From: Eledone cirrhosa
Lineage: Eukaryota
Assembly (NCBI GenBank): GCA_964016885.1
Contig: OZ024766.1
Span: 5,084,001-5,148,000, forward strand
Direction of reading: 5' to 3'
Length of the DNA: 64,000 bases
The number at the start of each line of letters is the position of its first letter. Position 1 is the stretch's first letter. A model generated the notes under the pieces. The model ran no database searches, had not been told where the DNA came from, and saw nothing but the letters and a program-made list of their open reading frames with translations. Below, in pieces: positions 42,206 through 53,836 of this stretch. Made by a program: the position numbers and the translations under genes.

Positions 42206-42601
42206 CTGGGGAAGATTTTAACAACGAAACGGTTATGTAGTGGTAATGGTGTGGTGGTGTGGTGTAGTGTACTGTAGTGTAGTCGGGTGTGGTGTGGTGT
42301 AGTGGAGTGGTGTAGTGTACTGTAGCCTGAGGTGGTATGTATAGTGTAGTTTAGTGTAGTGTAGTCTGGTGGAGTGGTGTAGTGTAGTGTAGCCTGAGGT
42401 GGTATGTATGGTGTAGTGTACTGTAGTGTGGTGTGGTTTAGTGTAGTGTAGTCTGGTCTGGTGTGGTATGTATGGACTAGCGTGGTGTAGTCTGGGGTGG
42501 TCTAGTGTGGTGTGGTGTAGCATGGTGTGGCTTGGTTTAGTGTAGTCAGAGGTGGTATGTATGATGTAGCGTGGTGTGCAGTAAACAACATGGCTACTCA
42601 C

Positions 42602-42714
42602 AGTTCGATGGCCTTGTCATACTGTTGTTCCTTGCCCAATATCACAGTCATAACATACACAGCTTCCAGATAGGAACTGTCCAGTTTCATTGCTTTCTCC
42701 ACATATTGTTTAGC
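42602..42714 (-). CDS. ANAPC7: ANAPC7 exon 14 (AKQYVEKAMKLDSSYLEAVYVMTVILGKEQQYDKAIEL)
   Basis: TPR; ttcag| and |gtgagt; phase 0->2. Confidence 0.93.
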
Positions 42715-43415
42715 CTGAAACGCAGAAAGATGAAAGATTGTTTGAATTTTACTTGTTCCGCACATCTCAATTTTATACTTCTGGTATGTCAAATTAATTG
42801 TTTCTACGTTAGGCACAAGGCCAGCAATTACCCAGTGCATTACTGGTACTTTATTTTATCGACCCCCGTAAGGGTGAAAGGCCAAGTCAACCTCGGCGGG
42901 ATTTGAACTCAGATCGTAAAGGGACGTAACTGTGCTGGAAAGCATGGCGTCCGACCCTCTACTGATACTGCCAATCCACCGCCTGGTATGTCAAATTAAT
43001 ACCATTGAACATGTGGAGGCACATGGCTTAGTGGTTAGAGCATTGGCCTTGCAATCGAAAGGTTGTGAGTTCAATTCTCAGACCGGGTGATGTGTTGTTT
43101 CCTTGAGCAAGACACTTTATTTCACATTGCTCAAGTTTACTCAGCTGTAGAAATGAGATGATAGGGACTGGGGTCCATATCATTCCACTGCAAAGTGGTC
43201 GTGGAGGTGTCACGGCAAAAAAAAAAGCACCCAGCACTCACTGTAAACGTGGTTGGTATTAGGAAGGGCATCCAGCCGTGGAAAACCTGCCAGATAGTCC
43301 TATATGAGCGAGACAAGGTCACCCGACCAACCTTGCCTCAAGTGGGACAACTCCTGTCTAAAGCCATGCTAGCGTGGAAGATAGACGTTAAACGAAGATG
43401 ATGATGATGATGATG

Positions 43416-43454
<39 letters not shown>

Positions 43455-43531
43455 CAGCGGGAGAGAGGGTGAAATTGACAGACAGATAGATGGATGGATT
43501 CAGGAAGAGAGAGATAGATAGAGAGACTCAC

Positions 43532-43576
43532 CTTTATTGCTGTAGTTGGTTCTTGAGACAGTACTGAGGCATAGAG
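43532..43576 (-). CDS. ANAPC7: ANAPC7 exon 13, 45 nt (LYASVLSQEPTTAIK)
   Basis: ttag| and |gtgagt, phase 0/0; fills the gap corresponding to human LLATVCLEDPVTQEK. Confidence 0.88.
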
Positions 43577-43616
43577 CTAAAAGAGAGAAAAACAGATTAT
43601 ATATATATATATATCT

Positions 43617-44886
43617 AGGGCAGGTAAAATTCCCCGAGATCCATGGACGAGTTCTCTCCAGCGGTCTCTGTCCCTCATTATCGCTGCCATGTCCTGCGTC
43701 TCCAACAGACCAGTGTCTGTCCTTAGGGCATCAACATACGTTAACCTTGGTCTTCCCCTTCTAGTGTGTCCATATAGGGGCTCCCACAGGAGCACTGAGT
43801 GCAGTGTCAACTCTGGATGTCGGTGAGCATGTCCAGCTAACCTAGTGTGTCCATGTAGGGGCTCCCACAGGAGCACTGAGTGCAGTGTCAACTCTGGATG
43901 TCGGTGAGCATGTCCAGCTAACCTAGTGTGTCCATGTAGGGGCTCCCACAGGAGCACTGAGTGCAGTGTCAACTCTGGATGTCGGTGAGCATGTCCAGCT
44001 AACCTAGTGTGTCCATGTAGGGGCTCCCACAGGAGCACTGAGTGCAGTGTCAACTCTGGATGTCGGTGAGCATGTCCAGCTAACCTAGTGTGTCCATGTA
44101 GGGGCTCCTACAGGAGCACTGAGTGCAGTGTCAACTCTGGATGTCGGTGAGCATGTCCAGCTAACCTAGTGTGTCCATGTAGGGGCTCCCACAGGAGCAC
44201 TGAGTGCAGTGTCAACTCTGGATGTCGGTGAGCATGTCCAGCTAACCTAGTGTGTCCATGTAGGGGCTCCCACAGGAGCACTGAGTGCAGTGTCAACTCT
44301 GGATGTCGGTGAGCATGTCCAGCTAACCTAGTGTGTCCATGTAGGGGCTCCCACAGGAGCACTGAGTGCAGTGTCAACTCTGGATGTCGGTGAGCATGTC
44401 CAGCTAACCTAGTGTGTCCATGTAGGGGCTCCCACAGGAGCACTGAGTGCAGTGTCAACTCTGGATGTCGTTGAGCATGTCCAGCTAACCTAGTGTGTCC
44501 ATGTAGGGGCTCCCACAGGAGCACTGAGTGCAGTGTCAACTCTGGATGTCGGTGAGCATGTACAGCTAACCTAGTGTGTCCATGTAGGGGCTCCCACAGG
44601 AGCACTGAGTGCAGTGTCAACTCTGGATGTCGGTGAGCATGTCCAGCTAACCTAGTGTGTCCATGTAGGGGCTCCCACAGGAGCACTGAGTGCAGTGTCA
44701 ACTCTGGATGTCGGTGAGCATGTACAGCTAACCTAGTGTGTCCATGTAGGGGCTCCCACAGGAGCACTGAGTGCAATGTCAACTCTGGATGTCAGTGAGC
44801 ATGTCCAGCTAATCTAGTGTGTCCATGTAGGGGCTCCCACAGGAGTACTGAGTGCAATGTCAACTCTGGATGTCGGTGAGCATGTA
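43617..44886 (-). mobile_element. Same RTE family as 17.6 kb, with an 81-bp (27-codon) segment amplified about 14 times (43761-44885)
   Basis: Repeated RLAGHAHRHPELTLHSVLLWEPLHGHT followed by RRGRPRLTYVD. Confidence 0.9.
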
Positions 44887-45140
44887 CTGTACCGATTGTG
44901 TTGTTATTTCTGTTTACCTTTTAGATACATATATATATATATATATATGTGTGTGTGAATATACACTAGATAGTGCTATTAAATTAAACATTTCCTGGGC
45001 CAATACTGGCCAAAAGTAATCAGTGTTATATATAGTATATATATAATACACACATATATATATATATATATATATATGTCCCAAGGCTCTGATACCATCA
45101 ACACTATAAACACAGAGCTGGCATATCTAAGAACTGACTA

Positions 45141-45196
45141 ACTGCCTGATGAGGTCATAGCCATTCAATGGCTATCATTGAAATATATATAGCAGT
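45141..45196 (+). ncRNA. Type I hammerhead ribozyme motif, family A variant
   Basis: ACTGC-CTGATGA-GGT(C)ATAGCCAT[tca]ATGGCTAT(C)ATT-GAAA-TATATA-TA^-GCAGT: perfect 5-bp stem I, followed by AATAAA. Confidence 0.85.
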
Positions 45197-45311
45197 AAAT
45201 AAAGGATTATGAGTTCATGCAATTGACTTATGTTTCGTCACTATATATATATATATATTTGTGTGTAACAGCCCCAATGGAATTAACAGGGATAAAATTG
45301 TGGGGTTTTAC

Positions 45312-45412
45312 CGTTAGGGACCTGGCATTGTTTCCTAGTTGCCTCACTGCTTTCCCAGCTAAATTGATGGCGTCCCTTGGTCTGTGGCTGGCCATATAAC
45401 AGTCAATTAGAC
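45312..45412 (-). CDS. ANAPC7: ANAPC7 exon 12 (GLIDCYMASHRPRDAINLAGKAVRQLGNNARSLT)
   Basis: Similar to human GLIECYLAS...LGANAQTLT; phase 1->0. Confidence 0.94.
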
Positions 45413-45635
45413 CTGAAAGATAAAGGATATATATATATGAATGTGTGTGTATATATATGATTTATATATATATATATTTAAAATAAAAAAATGAAAAAAT
45501 ATATGTATGTAGCCTTATATACAGAAAAACGTGTGTATATATATATACACACATATACATACACATGCATTTATATATATATATATATATTTTATATATA
45601 TATATAGTTATGTAATAAACAACATAAGGCAATTA

Positions 45636-45695
45636 TTCCATTTACCAGTGGTTTCTTAAAAGCAAAAAATATTGCTTTCAATCATCAGAATGAAA
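45636..45695 (-). ncRNA. Type I hammerhead ribozyme motif, family B (left arm, sense to ANAPC7 intron 11)
   Basis: Reverse complement of the 46028-46085 motif, full core retained. Confidence 0.8.
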
Positions 45696-46027
45696 AAATC
45701 CTGGTATATTTATTGAATTGGATTTTAAAATTGGATTTTTTTTTTTAAATTTAAAAAAAAATTTTTTTTTATTTAAAAAAATTTTTTTTTACAAACTTTA
45801 AAAAAAATTTTTTTAAAAATTTTTTATAAAAAAAATAAAAAAAATTTTTTTTAATTAAAAAAAAAAATTTTTTTTTAAAATTTAAAAAAAATGTTTTTTT
45901 AAATTTTTTTAAAAATGAAAAAAAATTTTTTTTTTTAATTTTAAAAAAAATTTTTTTAAAAATGAAAAAAAAATTTTTTTTTTAAATTTAAAAAAAATAT
46001 CCAATTCAATAAACAGACCAGGATTTT

Positions 46028-46085
46028 TTCATTCTGATGATTGAAAGCAATATTTTTTGCTTTTAAGAAACCACTGGTAAATGGA
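46028..46085 (+). ncRNA. Type I hammerhead ribozyme motif, family B (right arm of an inverted repeat)
   Basis: TTCATT-CTGATGA-TTGAAAGCAA[tatttt]TTGCTTTTAA-GAA-ACCA[c]TGGT-A^-AATGGA; GUA triplet. Confidence 0.85.
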
Positions 46086-46327
46086 ATAATTGCCTTATGT
46101 TGTTTATTACATAACTATTAAGCTCTGTTACCTACATAGAGCACTCTTTTTTCCTGGACTTTTCCGATGCAATTACTTCATTTATATATATATGTATTTA
46201 TATACATTTATCACACATTCCCAACTTTATACACAAACACACATCACCCCACCAACCCTTCACACACACAGTTTGAGCCCCCTGGGGTGGTGTGGGCCGG
46301 TGAGGGCCAGCACGACCCAGTACTCAC

Positions 46328-46469
46328 CTTTGTGCGCTTCAAACCTATAAGGGGCTAATGTGACAGCCTCCCTAAAATGTGAGGCAGCGTCCTGCATCTT
46401 TTTCAGCTCCAACAGGGCAAAACCCTTCAAAAGTAGCGCTTCTATATTCCTGTTGTCAATAGTGTATGC
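46328..46469 (-). CDS. ANAPC7: ANAPC7 exon 11 (AYTIDNRNIEALLLKGFALLELKKMQDAASHFREAVTLAPYRFEAHK)
   Basis: ALLLKG and HFREAxxLAP motifs; ccag| and |gtgagt. Confidence 0.95.
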
Positions 46470-46598
46470 CTGGGGAGAAGATAGGAGAAGAATTGGGTGT
46501 TTTAAAGATATACTGGGGGAAGCTGGTATCATCACCTAGTTGTAGTTGTCTAGCTATCTAATCAATCTATCAACTGAAATATATATATATCTATCAAC

Positions 46599-47190
46599 TT
46601 ATATGGTGGACGAGGTTGAGAGGACTGAAGACAGATGCCTTTCTCTCCGGACAACAACTCATTCCCTTCTTTCGGTGCCACTTTAGAAGGAGAATCAGGG
46701 TGGAGAGAGAGGCACTGCACCCCAGTAAATTTACTGGAAGGTGTTATATGGTGGACGAGGTTGAGAGGACCGAGGACAGATGCCTTTCTCTCCGGACAAC
46801 AACTCATTCCCTTCTTTAGGTAACACTTTAGAAGGAGAATCAGAGTGGAGAGAGAGGCACTGCACCCCAGTAAATTTACTGAAAGGTGGGTGAATGTGGC
46901 GAAAATGGCCCGAGTGATTGGGCCTTCTCTGTATATAAACCTGTAGGTTGAAGAAGAGAGCAAAAGGAAGAAAGGAGCACTTGCACAACATGCTCCTGGA
47001 GTTGAGGGTTGTTCTATCAATGGGGTATTAAACAACACATTTGTGGCGCCTCCCCCCTATTGGGGATTTCGATGGTTTAATTTATTTGTTTCAATATTTT
47101 TACAAGATTGTATGTAAAATCCACGGCATGTGTCTTTGTTTTGTCCTCTTTTCTTGTGCGCCCTTGTGGCAAATAAAGAAATATATCTAT
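46599..47190 (+). mobile_element. L1/Tx1-like LINE 3' fragment with a ~145-bp internal duplication; rearranged inverted relative at 61985-62600
   Basis: LIPFFRYHFRRRIRVEREALHPSKFTERW-like C-terminus, AATAAAGAAA and (CTAT)n tail; clade assignment tentative. Confidence 0.6.
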
Positions 47191-47227
47191 GTAGCTATCT
47201 AGCAATCATCATAAGAAAGTCCTTTAC

Positions 47228-47354
47228 CTTCTGAGCAAAGTAAACAGCTTTAGGTACGGCTTTCACAACCTTCCGATTGGCCATACAGTAGTAGCCAATC
47301 ACAACCCATGGTTCTGGGATGTGTTCGTTCCCGTCCATCACATGATTCGCTAAA
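47228..47354 (-). CDS. ANAPC7: ANAPC7 exon 10 (LANHVMDGNEHIPEPWVVIGYYCMANRKVVKAVPKAVYFAQK)
   Basis: EPWVV motif; gccag| and |gtaaag. Confidence 0.93.
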
Positions 47355-47405
47355 CTGGCGACAGAAAACAAAACAAACGAAAACAAATAAGGTGAAAACA
47401 AATTT

Positions 47406-48310
47406 CTACAATAGTATATATAGAGTAATGTAGATGTTATGTGAGATATTATGTGAGGTAAAGCCTTTACTGTGACAATACAATAGTATATATAGAGTAA
47501 TGTAAATGTTATGTGAGGTATTATGTGAGGTAAAGCCTTTACTGTGAAAATACAATAGTATATATAGAGTAATGTAAATGTTATGTGAGATATTATGTGA
47601 GGTAAAGACTTTACTGTGACAATACAATAGTATATATAGAGTAATGTAAATGTTATGTGAGATATTATGTGAGGTAAAGCCTTTACTGTGAAAATACAAT
47701 AGTATATATAGAGTAATGTAAATGTTATGTGAGATATTATGCGAGGTAAAGCCTTTACTGTGAAAATACAATAGTATATATAGAGTAATGTAAATGTTAT
47801 ATGAGATATTATGTGAGGTAAAGCCTTTACTGTGACAATACAATAGTATATATAGAGTAATGTAAATGTTATATGAGATATTATGTGAGGTAAAGCCTTT
47901 ACTGTGAAAATACAATAGTATATATAGAGTAATGTAAATGTTATGTGAGGTATTATGTAAGGTAAAGTCTTTACTGTGAAAATACAATAGTATATATAGA
48001 GTAATGTAAATGTTATGTGAGATATTATGTGAGGTAAAGCCTTTACTGTGAAAATACAATAGTATATATAGAGTAATGTAAATGTTATGCGAGATATTAT
48101 GTGAGGTAAAGTCTTTACTGTGAAAATACAATAGTATATATAGAGTAATGTAAATGTTATGTGAGATATTATGTGAGGTAAAGCCTTTACTGTGAAAATA
48201 CAATAGTATATATAGAGTAATGTAAATGTTATGTGAGGTAAAGCCTTTACTGTGACAATACAATAGTATATATAGAGTAATGTAAATGTTATGTGAGGTA
48301 AACGGTTAAA
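47406..48310. repeat. Second 72-bp array (about 12 copies) with the same unit as 37.6-39.6 kb
   Basis: Identical unit; ends in a TIR-like AAACGGTTAA. Confidence 0.92.
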
Positions 48311-48381
48311 ATGAAGTCCAGTAATCAAAAACCAGTAGAAGTCAAACCGACACCTTCTGAGCCTCAGTACACAACACCTAC

Positions 48382-48470
48382 CTTTCCAGTTCTGTCATCT
48401 TCTTCTCCTTCAGGTAGAGATAGGCCAGTGTGTCCATGTTCTTCACATTGAGCCGGTCAGCAAGGTGACC
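48382..48470 (-). CDS. ANAPC7: ANAPC7 exon 9 (GHLADRLNVKNMDTLAYLYLKEKKMTELES)
   Basis: MDxxAYL TPR motif; acag| and |gtaggt; phase 0->2. Confidence 0.92.
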
Positions 48471-48728
48471 CTGTCGGAAGTAAAGGAAACACCGGTCAAA
48501 TGCTGGTCAAAAGTTAGATCGGACAAACGATGTAGTGTTAGGGTTGGGGTTGGGTGACATATTCCTGATGGTCACATCAACTGGTAAGACATGTCACTGT
48601 GTATGTGTGTGTGTGTGTGTGTGTATACGTGTGTATGCATGTGTGTATATATGTGTACATATATATATATATATATGTACATATGTCTAATATACATACA
48701 TATATATATATATACATACATATATAAT

Positions 48729-49070
48729 GGAGGCACATGTGGTTAGAGCATTGGCCTTGCAATCGAAAGGTTGTGAGTTCAATTCTCAGATCGGGTGATG
48801 TGTTGTTTCCTTGAGCAAGACACTTTATTTCACATTGCTCCAGTTTACTCAGCTGTAGAAATGAGATGATAGGGACTGGGGTCCCTATCATTCCACTGCA
48901 AAGTGGTCGTGGAGGTGCCATGGCAAAAAAGCACCCAGCACTCACTGTAAATGAGGTTGGTGTTAGGAAGGGCATCCAGCTGTAGATATCAAGCCAGAAT
49001 CAGTTCCCATCCCACCCTTGCAAGCAGGGAAAAAGCGGACGTAAAATGAAATGATGAAATGATGATGATA
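48729..49070 (+). mobile_element. SINE A single-unit copy; others at about 4090-4420(-), 4965-5235(-), 7800-8380(-), 34730-35185(-), 43015-43415(+), 54429-54600(+), 59955-60292(-)
   Basis: Near-identical ~340-bp dispersed repeat with tRNA-like head and LINE-like tail. Confidence 0.88.
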
Positions 49071-49214
49071 CAATATACAAACATATATTTAAGTCCAGGA
49101 ATTGAACCGAAAGCTTCATGAGTACAAGCCCAACACACTAACCATTAGGTCACAAACACTGCCCACCCTCCGCTTGTACCCACCGCACAACTTCAAAACC
49201 TGCAACCTACTTAC

Positions 49215-49310
49215 CTTTTGGAAAAGCTGCATAGCTTGTGTGTAGTCCCCGTTTAAGAAGTGGGCCTCTCCCAGTGAAAACAGGAGTCGGACGTTGTTTT
49301 TCAGGTAGGG
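49215..49310 (-). CDS. ANAPC7: ANAPC7 exon 8 (PYLKNNVRLLFSLGEAHFLNGDYTQAMQLFQK)
   Basis: TPR helix pair, similar to human LLRDNVDLLGSLADLYFRAGD; ccag| and |gtaagt. Confidence 0.93.
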
Positions 49311-49402
49311 CTGGAAATTTAAAGGAGGGGAAAACAGAAGGATTTAGTTTTAAAATTACATAAAATCAAATTTGATTTATACAAATGGATATATATATAT
49401 GC

Positions 49403-49433
<31 letters not shown>

Positions 49434-49493
49434 GTTTTAATATAGATGAGATTCTACAGGACTAGAACTCTTTCATTCTTTAGAAATCATCAG

Positions 49494-49546
49494 GAGATTC
49501 CTGATGATTTCTAAAGAATGAAACAGTTCTAGTCCTGTAGAATCTC
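49494..49546 (+). ncRNA. Type I hammerhead ribozyme motif, family C
   Basis: GAGATTC-CTGATGA-tTTCT[aa]AGAAt-GAA-ACAG[ttctagtc]CTGT-A^-GAATCTC: perfect 7-bp stem I, 4-bp stem III, GUA triplet; U.U closes stem II. Confidence 0.8.
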
Positions 49547-50020
49547 ATCTATATTAAAACTTTTATGCTCTGCAATGTATTGAGTACCATACTTACTGTG
49601 GTTATCCCCGACTCAACCCGGAATAACGTATATATATATATATATACGTGTATGTGTGTATATTTGTATATATGTGTGTGTGTATGTATATATATATATG
49701 TATGTTTGTGTATGTATATATATATATATGTGTGTGTGTGTATGTATATATATATATATATATATATGTATGTTTGTGTATATATATATATGTGTGTATG
49801 TGTGTATGTGTATATATATGTATGTGTGTATATGTATATGTATGTGTATATATATATATATATAGACACATATATCTACTTATATATATCTTCATACACA
49901 TATGTACATACATACATATACACACATATATGTACATATATAGTACATATATACATGTACACATACATATATATATACGTACATATATACATGTACACAC
50001 ATAGCTACATACACATATAT

Positions 50021-50056
<36 letters not shown>

Positions 50057-51931
50057 ACACACATACATATATATATGTGTGTGTGTGTATATATGTGTAT
50101 GTAGCTATGTGTGTACATGTATATATGTACGTATATATATGTATGTGTACATGTATATATGTACTATATATATACATATATGTGTGTATATGTATGTATG
50201 TACATATGTGTATGAAGATATATATAAGTAGATAACTTGAATCGGCCAATGGCACGTGTGGACATGAATATCTCCGTAGGATTTCAACTTTATTTTACTA
50301 CATCTCACCGTATGTATTTATTTTGAATGTATTACCTGTGGTGGTGGGTCTTGTCTAATGTGGTATTTCGGTGTTTAATATCAGCTTTGACCCGGGTGTC
50401 CTACGCTGTGTGTGTGTGCGTGTGTGTCCGTGTATACATTTATATGTGTATGGGTGTAGGTGGTTGTATGTGTCTGTATATAAAAAAAAAAACATATATA
50501 TATATATATATATATGTATACCGTCTCTGCATATGCATGTGGTGTGTATATGTGCATATACGTGCTGAACATATTGATGTGTACAATCTTGTGATGTCCC
50601 AATGCGGTGACTTAATGGCTCTTGAAGCTATTTTTTATATATCTTCTGTCTTTTTATATATCTTTTGTATGCGCTACAACTGTGTCTGCTTGCTTTAACC
50701 CGCCTGCACCTCGCTTGCTAATGCACGTGAATTCTTCTACCTCCTTCGATGCACCTCTCTCTGACCATTGGACTCCTGCCCGGGTGTGAACCGGTTTGTG
50801 ATTACCCCACCGCTCAACTGTGTGAATGCACACCTGTGACTTTCGAGTGAACTTTTGAGACTGCCCAACCTGGGACGCCTCCATTGCCTTGCAATGGTCA
50901 AGTGTTACTGGTGACTGTGACACTTAGTGCCTTCGTGGGCCCCTGATGTTTTCAAGAAAGATATTTTAAAAAAATGGTCAAGTGATACACATAACTGTGA
51001 CACTTAGTGCCTTCGTGGGCCCCTGATATATTCAAGAGATATATTATAAAAAAATATATATCTTATCTCAATTTACTTTATTTCATTTTATTTTATTTTA
51101 TTTCATTTCATGTTATCTAATTCTATTTATTTACTTACTTAACTCCATTTATTTATTTATTTATTTATTTATTTAAATTTAAATTTTGATTTTAATTTTA
51201 AAATTTAAATTTTATTTATTTTATTTATTTATTTAATTTTTATTTATTAATTAATTTATTTATTTAATTACATTTAATTACATTTAATTATACATTTAAT
51301 TATATCTTATATTATATTATTTTAATTTAGTCTATGTTATTTGATTTTACCTTATTTTATCTTATTTTACGATTATATTATATTATGTTCTATTTATATA
51401 ATTTTTAATTTTAATTTTATATTATTTTATCTCATTCCTTACCCTGTATCACTATTATCTGTATATTTTATATTTTATATGTAAGTTTGTTATGTATTTC
51501 TTTGTATTTCTTTATATATTATAAGTCTGTTTTTCACCTATTTTTTACCTACTCTTACCTAATCCCATCTATCTTATCTACTCTTGTCTGTTCTCTTATC
51601 CATGTGTCTACTCTTGTCTGTTCTCTTATCCATGTGTATGCTTGTATGTAACTATATGTTGACAGCACCCCGCCCAACTGTGACTGATAGCACCCCTTAT
51701 TCTTATTTTTATTTTTACTTTTATTTTTATTCTTATCTTTATTTTTATTTTTACTTTTACTTCCTTAATATCCTTTATCGTCTATTATTATCTTTCATTC
51801 TTCAATGTCTTGTGGAGTGTTATACACCCCTGATCCTTTCCCTAGTATACTATAAGTAGATATATGTGTCTATATATATATATACATATACACATACATA
51901 TATATACACATACACACATATATATATATAT

Positions 51932-51980
<49 letters not shown>

Positions 51981-52074
51981 ATATACATATACACATATAA
52001 AGAAATAAATAAAAGGGTTTTCACCATCGTGCTCCCTATTTCACAAAAAACCCTAAAACTCTAGATAGACTTAC

Positions 52075-52162
52075 CTTACAATCGAGGGCCTTAAATGTTG
52101 AGATGGCACTGGTGTACTCCTGTGCTACCACCAGGGCGTGGGCCTTGATCCACAAAGTCAAC
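52075..52162 (-). CDS. ANAPC7: ANAPC7 exon 7 (LTLWIKAHALVVAQEYTSAISTFKALDCK)
   Basis: WLxxWIKA motif; tgtag| and |gtaagt. Confidence 0.93.
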
Positions 52163-52252
52163 CTACAACAAACAGGGACCCAGTGGGGTGAGATTGACCA
52201 TCATCAAGTCAGAGAAAATATAAAAAAAAATTTAAAGCATAAATGTTTGGTC

Positions 52253-53836
52253 AACACTTTAGCATTTAAACCCTTTAGCATTTAAAGCCTTTAGCATTTA
52301 AACCCTTTAGCATTTAAACCCTTTAGCATTTAAACACTTTAGCATTTAAACCCTTTAGCATTTAAACCCTTTAGCATTTAAACCCTTTAGCATTTAAAGC
52401 CTTTAGCATTTAAACCCTTTAGCATTTAAACACTTTAGCATTTAAACCCTTTAGCATTTAAACCCTTTAGCATTTAAACACTTTAGCATTTAAACCCTTT
52501 AGCATTTAAACACTTTAGCATTTAAACCCTTTAGCATTTAAACCCTTTAGCATTTAAACACTTTAGCATTTAAACCCTTTAGCATTTAAACCCTTTAGCA
52601 TTTAAACCCTTTAGCATTTAAACCCTTTAGCATTTAAACCCTTTAGCATTTAAACACTTTAGCATTTAAACCCTTTAGCATTTAAACCCTTTAGCATTTA
52701 AACACTTTAGCATTTAAACACTTTAGCATTTAAACCCTTTAGCATTTAAACCCTTTAGCATTTAAACACTTTAGCATTTAAACCGTTTAGCATTTAAACA
52801 CTTTAGCATTTAAACACTTTAGCATTTAAACCCTTTAGCATTTAAACCCTTTAGCATTTAAACACTTTAGCATTTAAACACTTTAGCATTTAAACCCTTT
52901 AGCATTTAAACCCTTTAGCATTTAAACCCTTTAGCATTTAAACCCTTTAGCATTTAAACCCTTTAGCATTTAAACCCTTTAGCATTTAAACACTTTAGCA
53001 TTTAAACCCTTTAGCATTTAAACCCTTTAGCATTTAAACCCTTTAGCATTTAAACCCTTTAGCATTTAAACACTTTAGCATTTAAACCCTTTAGCATTTA
53101 AACCCTTTAGCATTTAAACACTTTAGCATTTAAACCCTTTAGCATTTAAACCCTTTAGCATTTAAACACTTTAGCATTTAAACCCTTTAGCATTTAAACC
53201 CTCTAGCATTTAAACCCTTTAGCATTTAAACCCTTTAGCATTTAAACCCTTTAGCATTTAAACCCTTTAGCATTTAAACCCTTTAGCATTTAAACCCTTT
53301 AGCATTTAAACACTTTAGCATTTAAACACTTTAGCATTTAAACACTTTAGCATTTAAACACTTTAGCATTTAAACACTTTAGCATTTAAACCCTTTAGCA
53401 TTTAAACACTTTAGCATTTAAACACTTTAGCATTTAAACACTTTAGCATTTAAACACTTTAGCATTTAAACCCTTTAGCATTTAAACCCTTTAGCATTTA
53501 AACCCTTTAGCATTTAAACCCTTTAGCATTTAAACCCTTTAGCATTTAAACCCTTTAGCATTTAAACCCTTTAGCATTTAAACCCTTTAGCATTTAAACC
53601 CTTTAGCATTTAAACACTTTAGCATTTAAACCCTTTAGCATTTAAACCCTTTAGCATTTAAACCCTTTAGCATTTAAACCCTTTAGCATTTAAACCCTTT
53701 AGCATTTAAACCGGCCACATCTGGCCAGAATGATCTCACCTCTTTCTATTCAAGCCGGCCGTAACTGGCCACTCATACTGATGTCAGGGTATTGTTCTTT
53801 AAATAACATCAAAATCTCATAGATTTGATATTATGA
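52253..53836 (+). repeat. 17-bp satellite (AAACCCTTTAGCATTTA, about 85 copies), an amplified terminus of the TTAA MITE, followed by its body
   Basis: 53708-53836 is homologous to 37491-37621. Confidence 0.92.

Noticed and set aside
43015-43090. tRNA-like sequences with A and B boxes (also at 1260-1330, 48729, 57265-57335, 62841)
   Set aside because: No complete cloverleaf; each continues into the SINE body, so they are SINE heads rather than tRNA genes
46625-46660. CTGAAGA core-like heptamer
   Set aside because: Lies in LINE coding remnant; no GAAA or stem II at a suitable distance
50654-50923. 89-aa ORF with vague GIY-YIG-like words (VGQS, ERWGNHK)
   Set aside because: Catalytic motif spacing is not convincing by eye; cannot be called without a profile search
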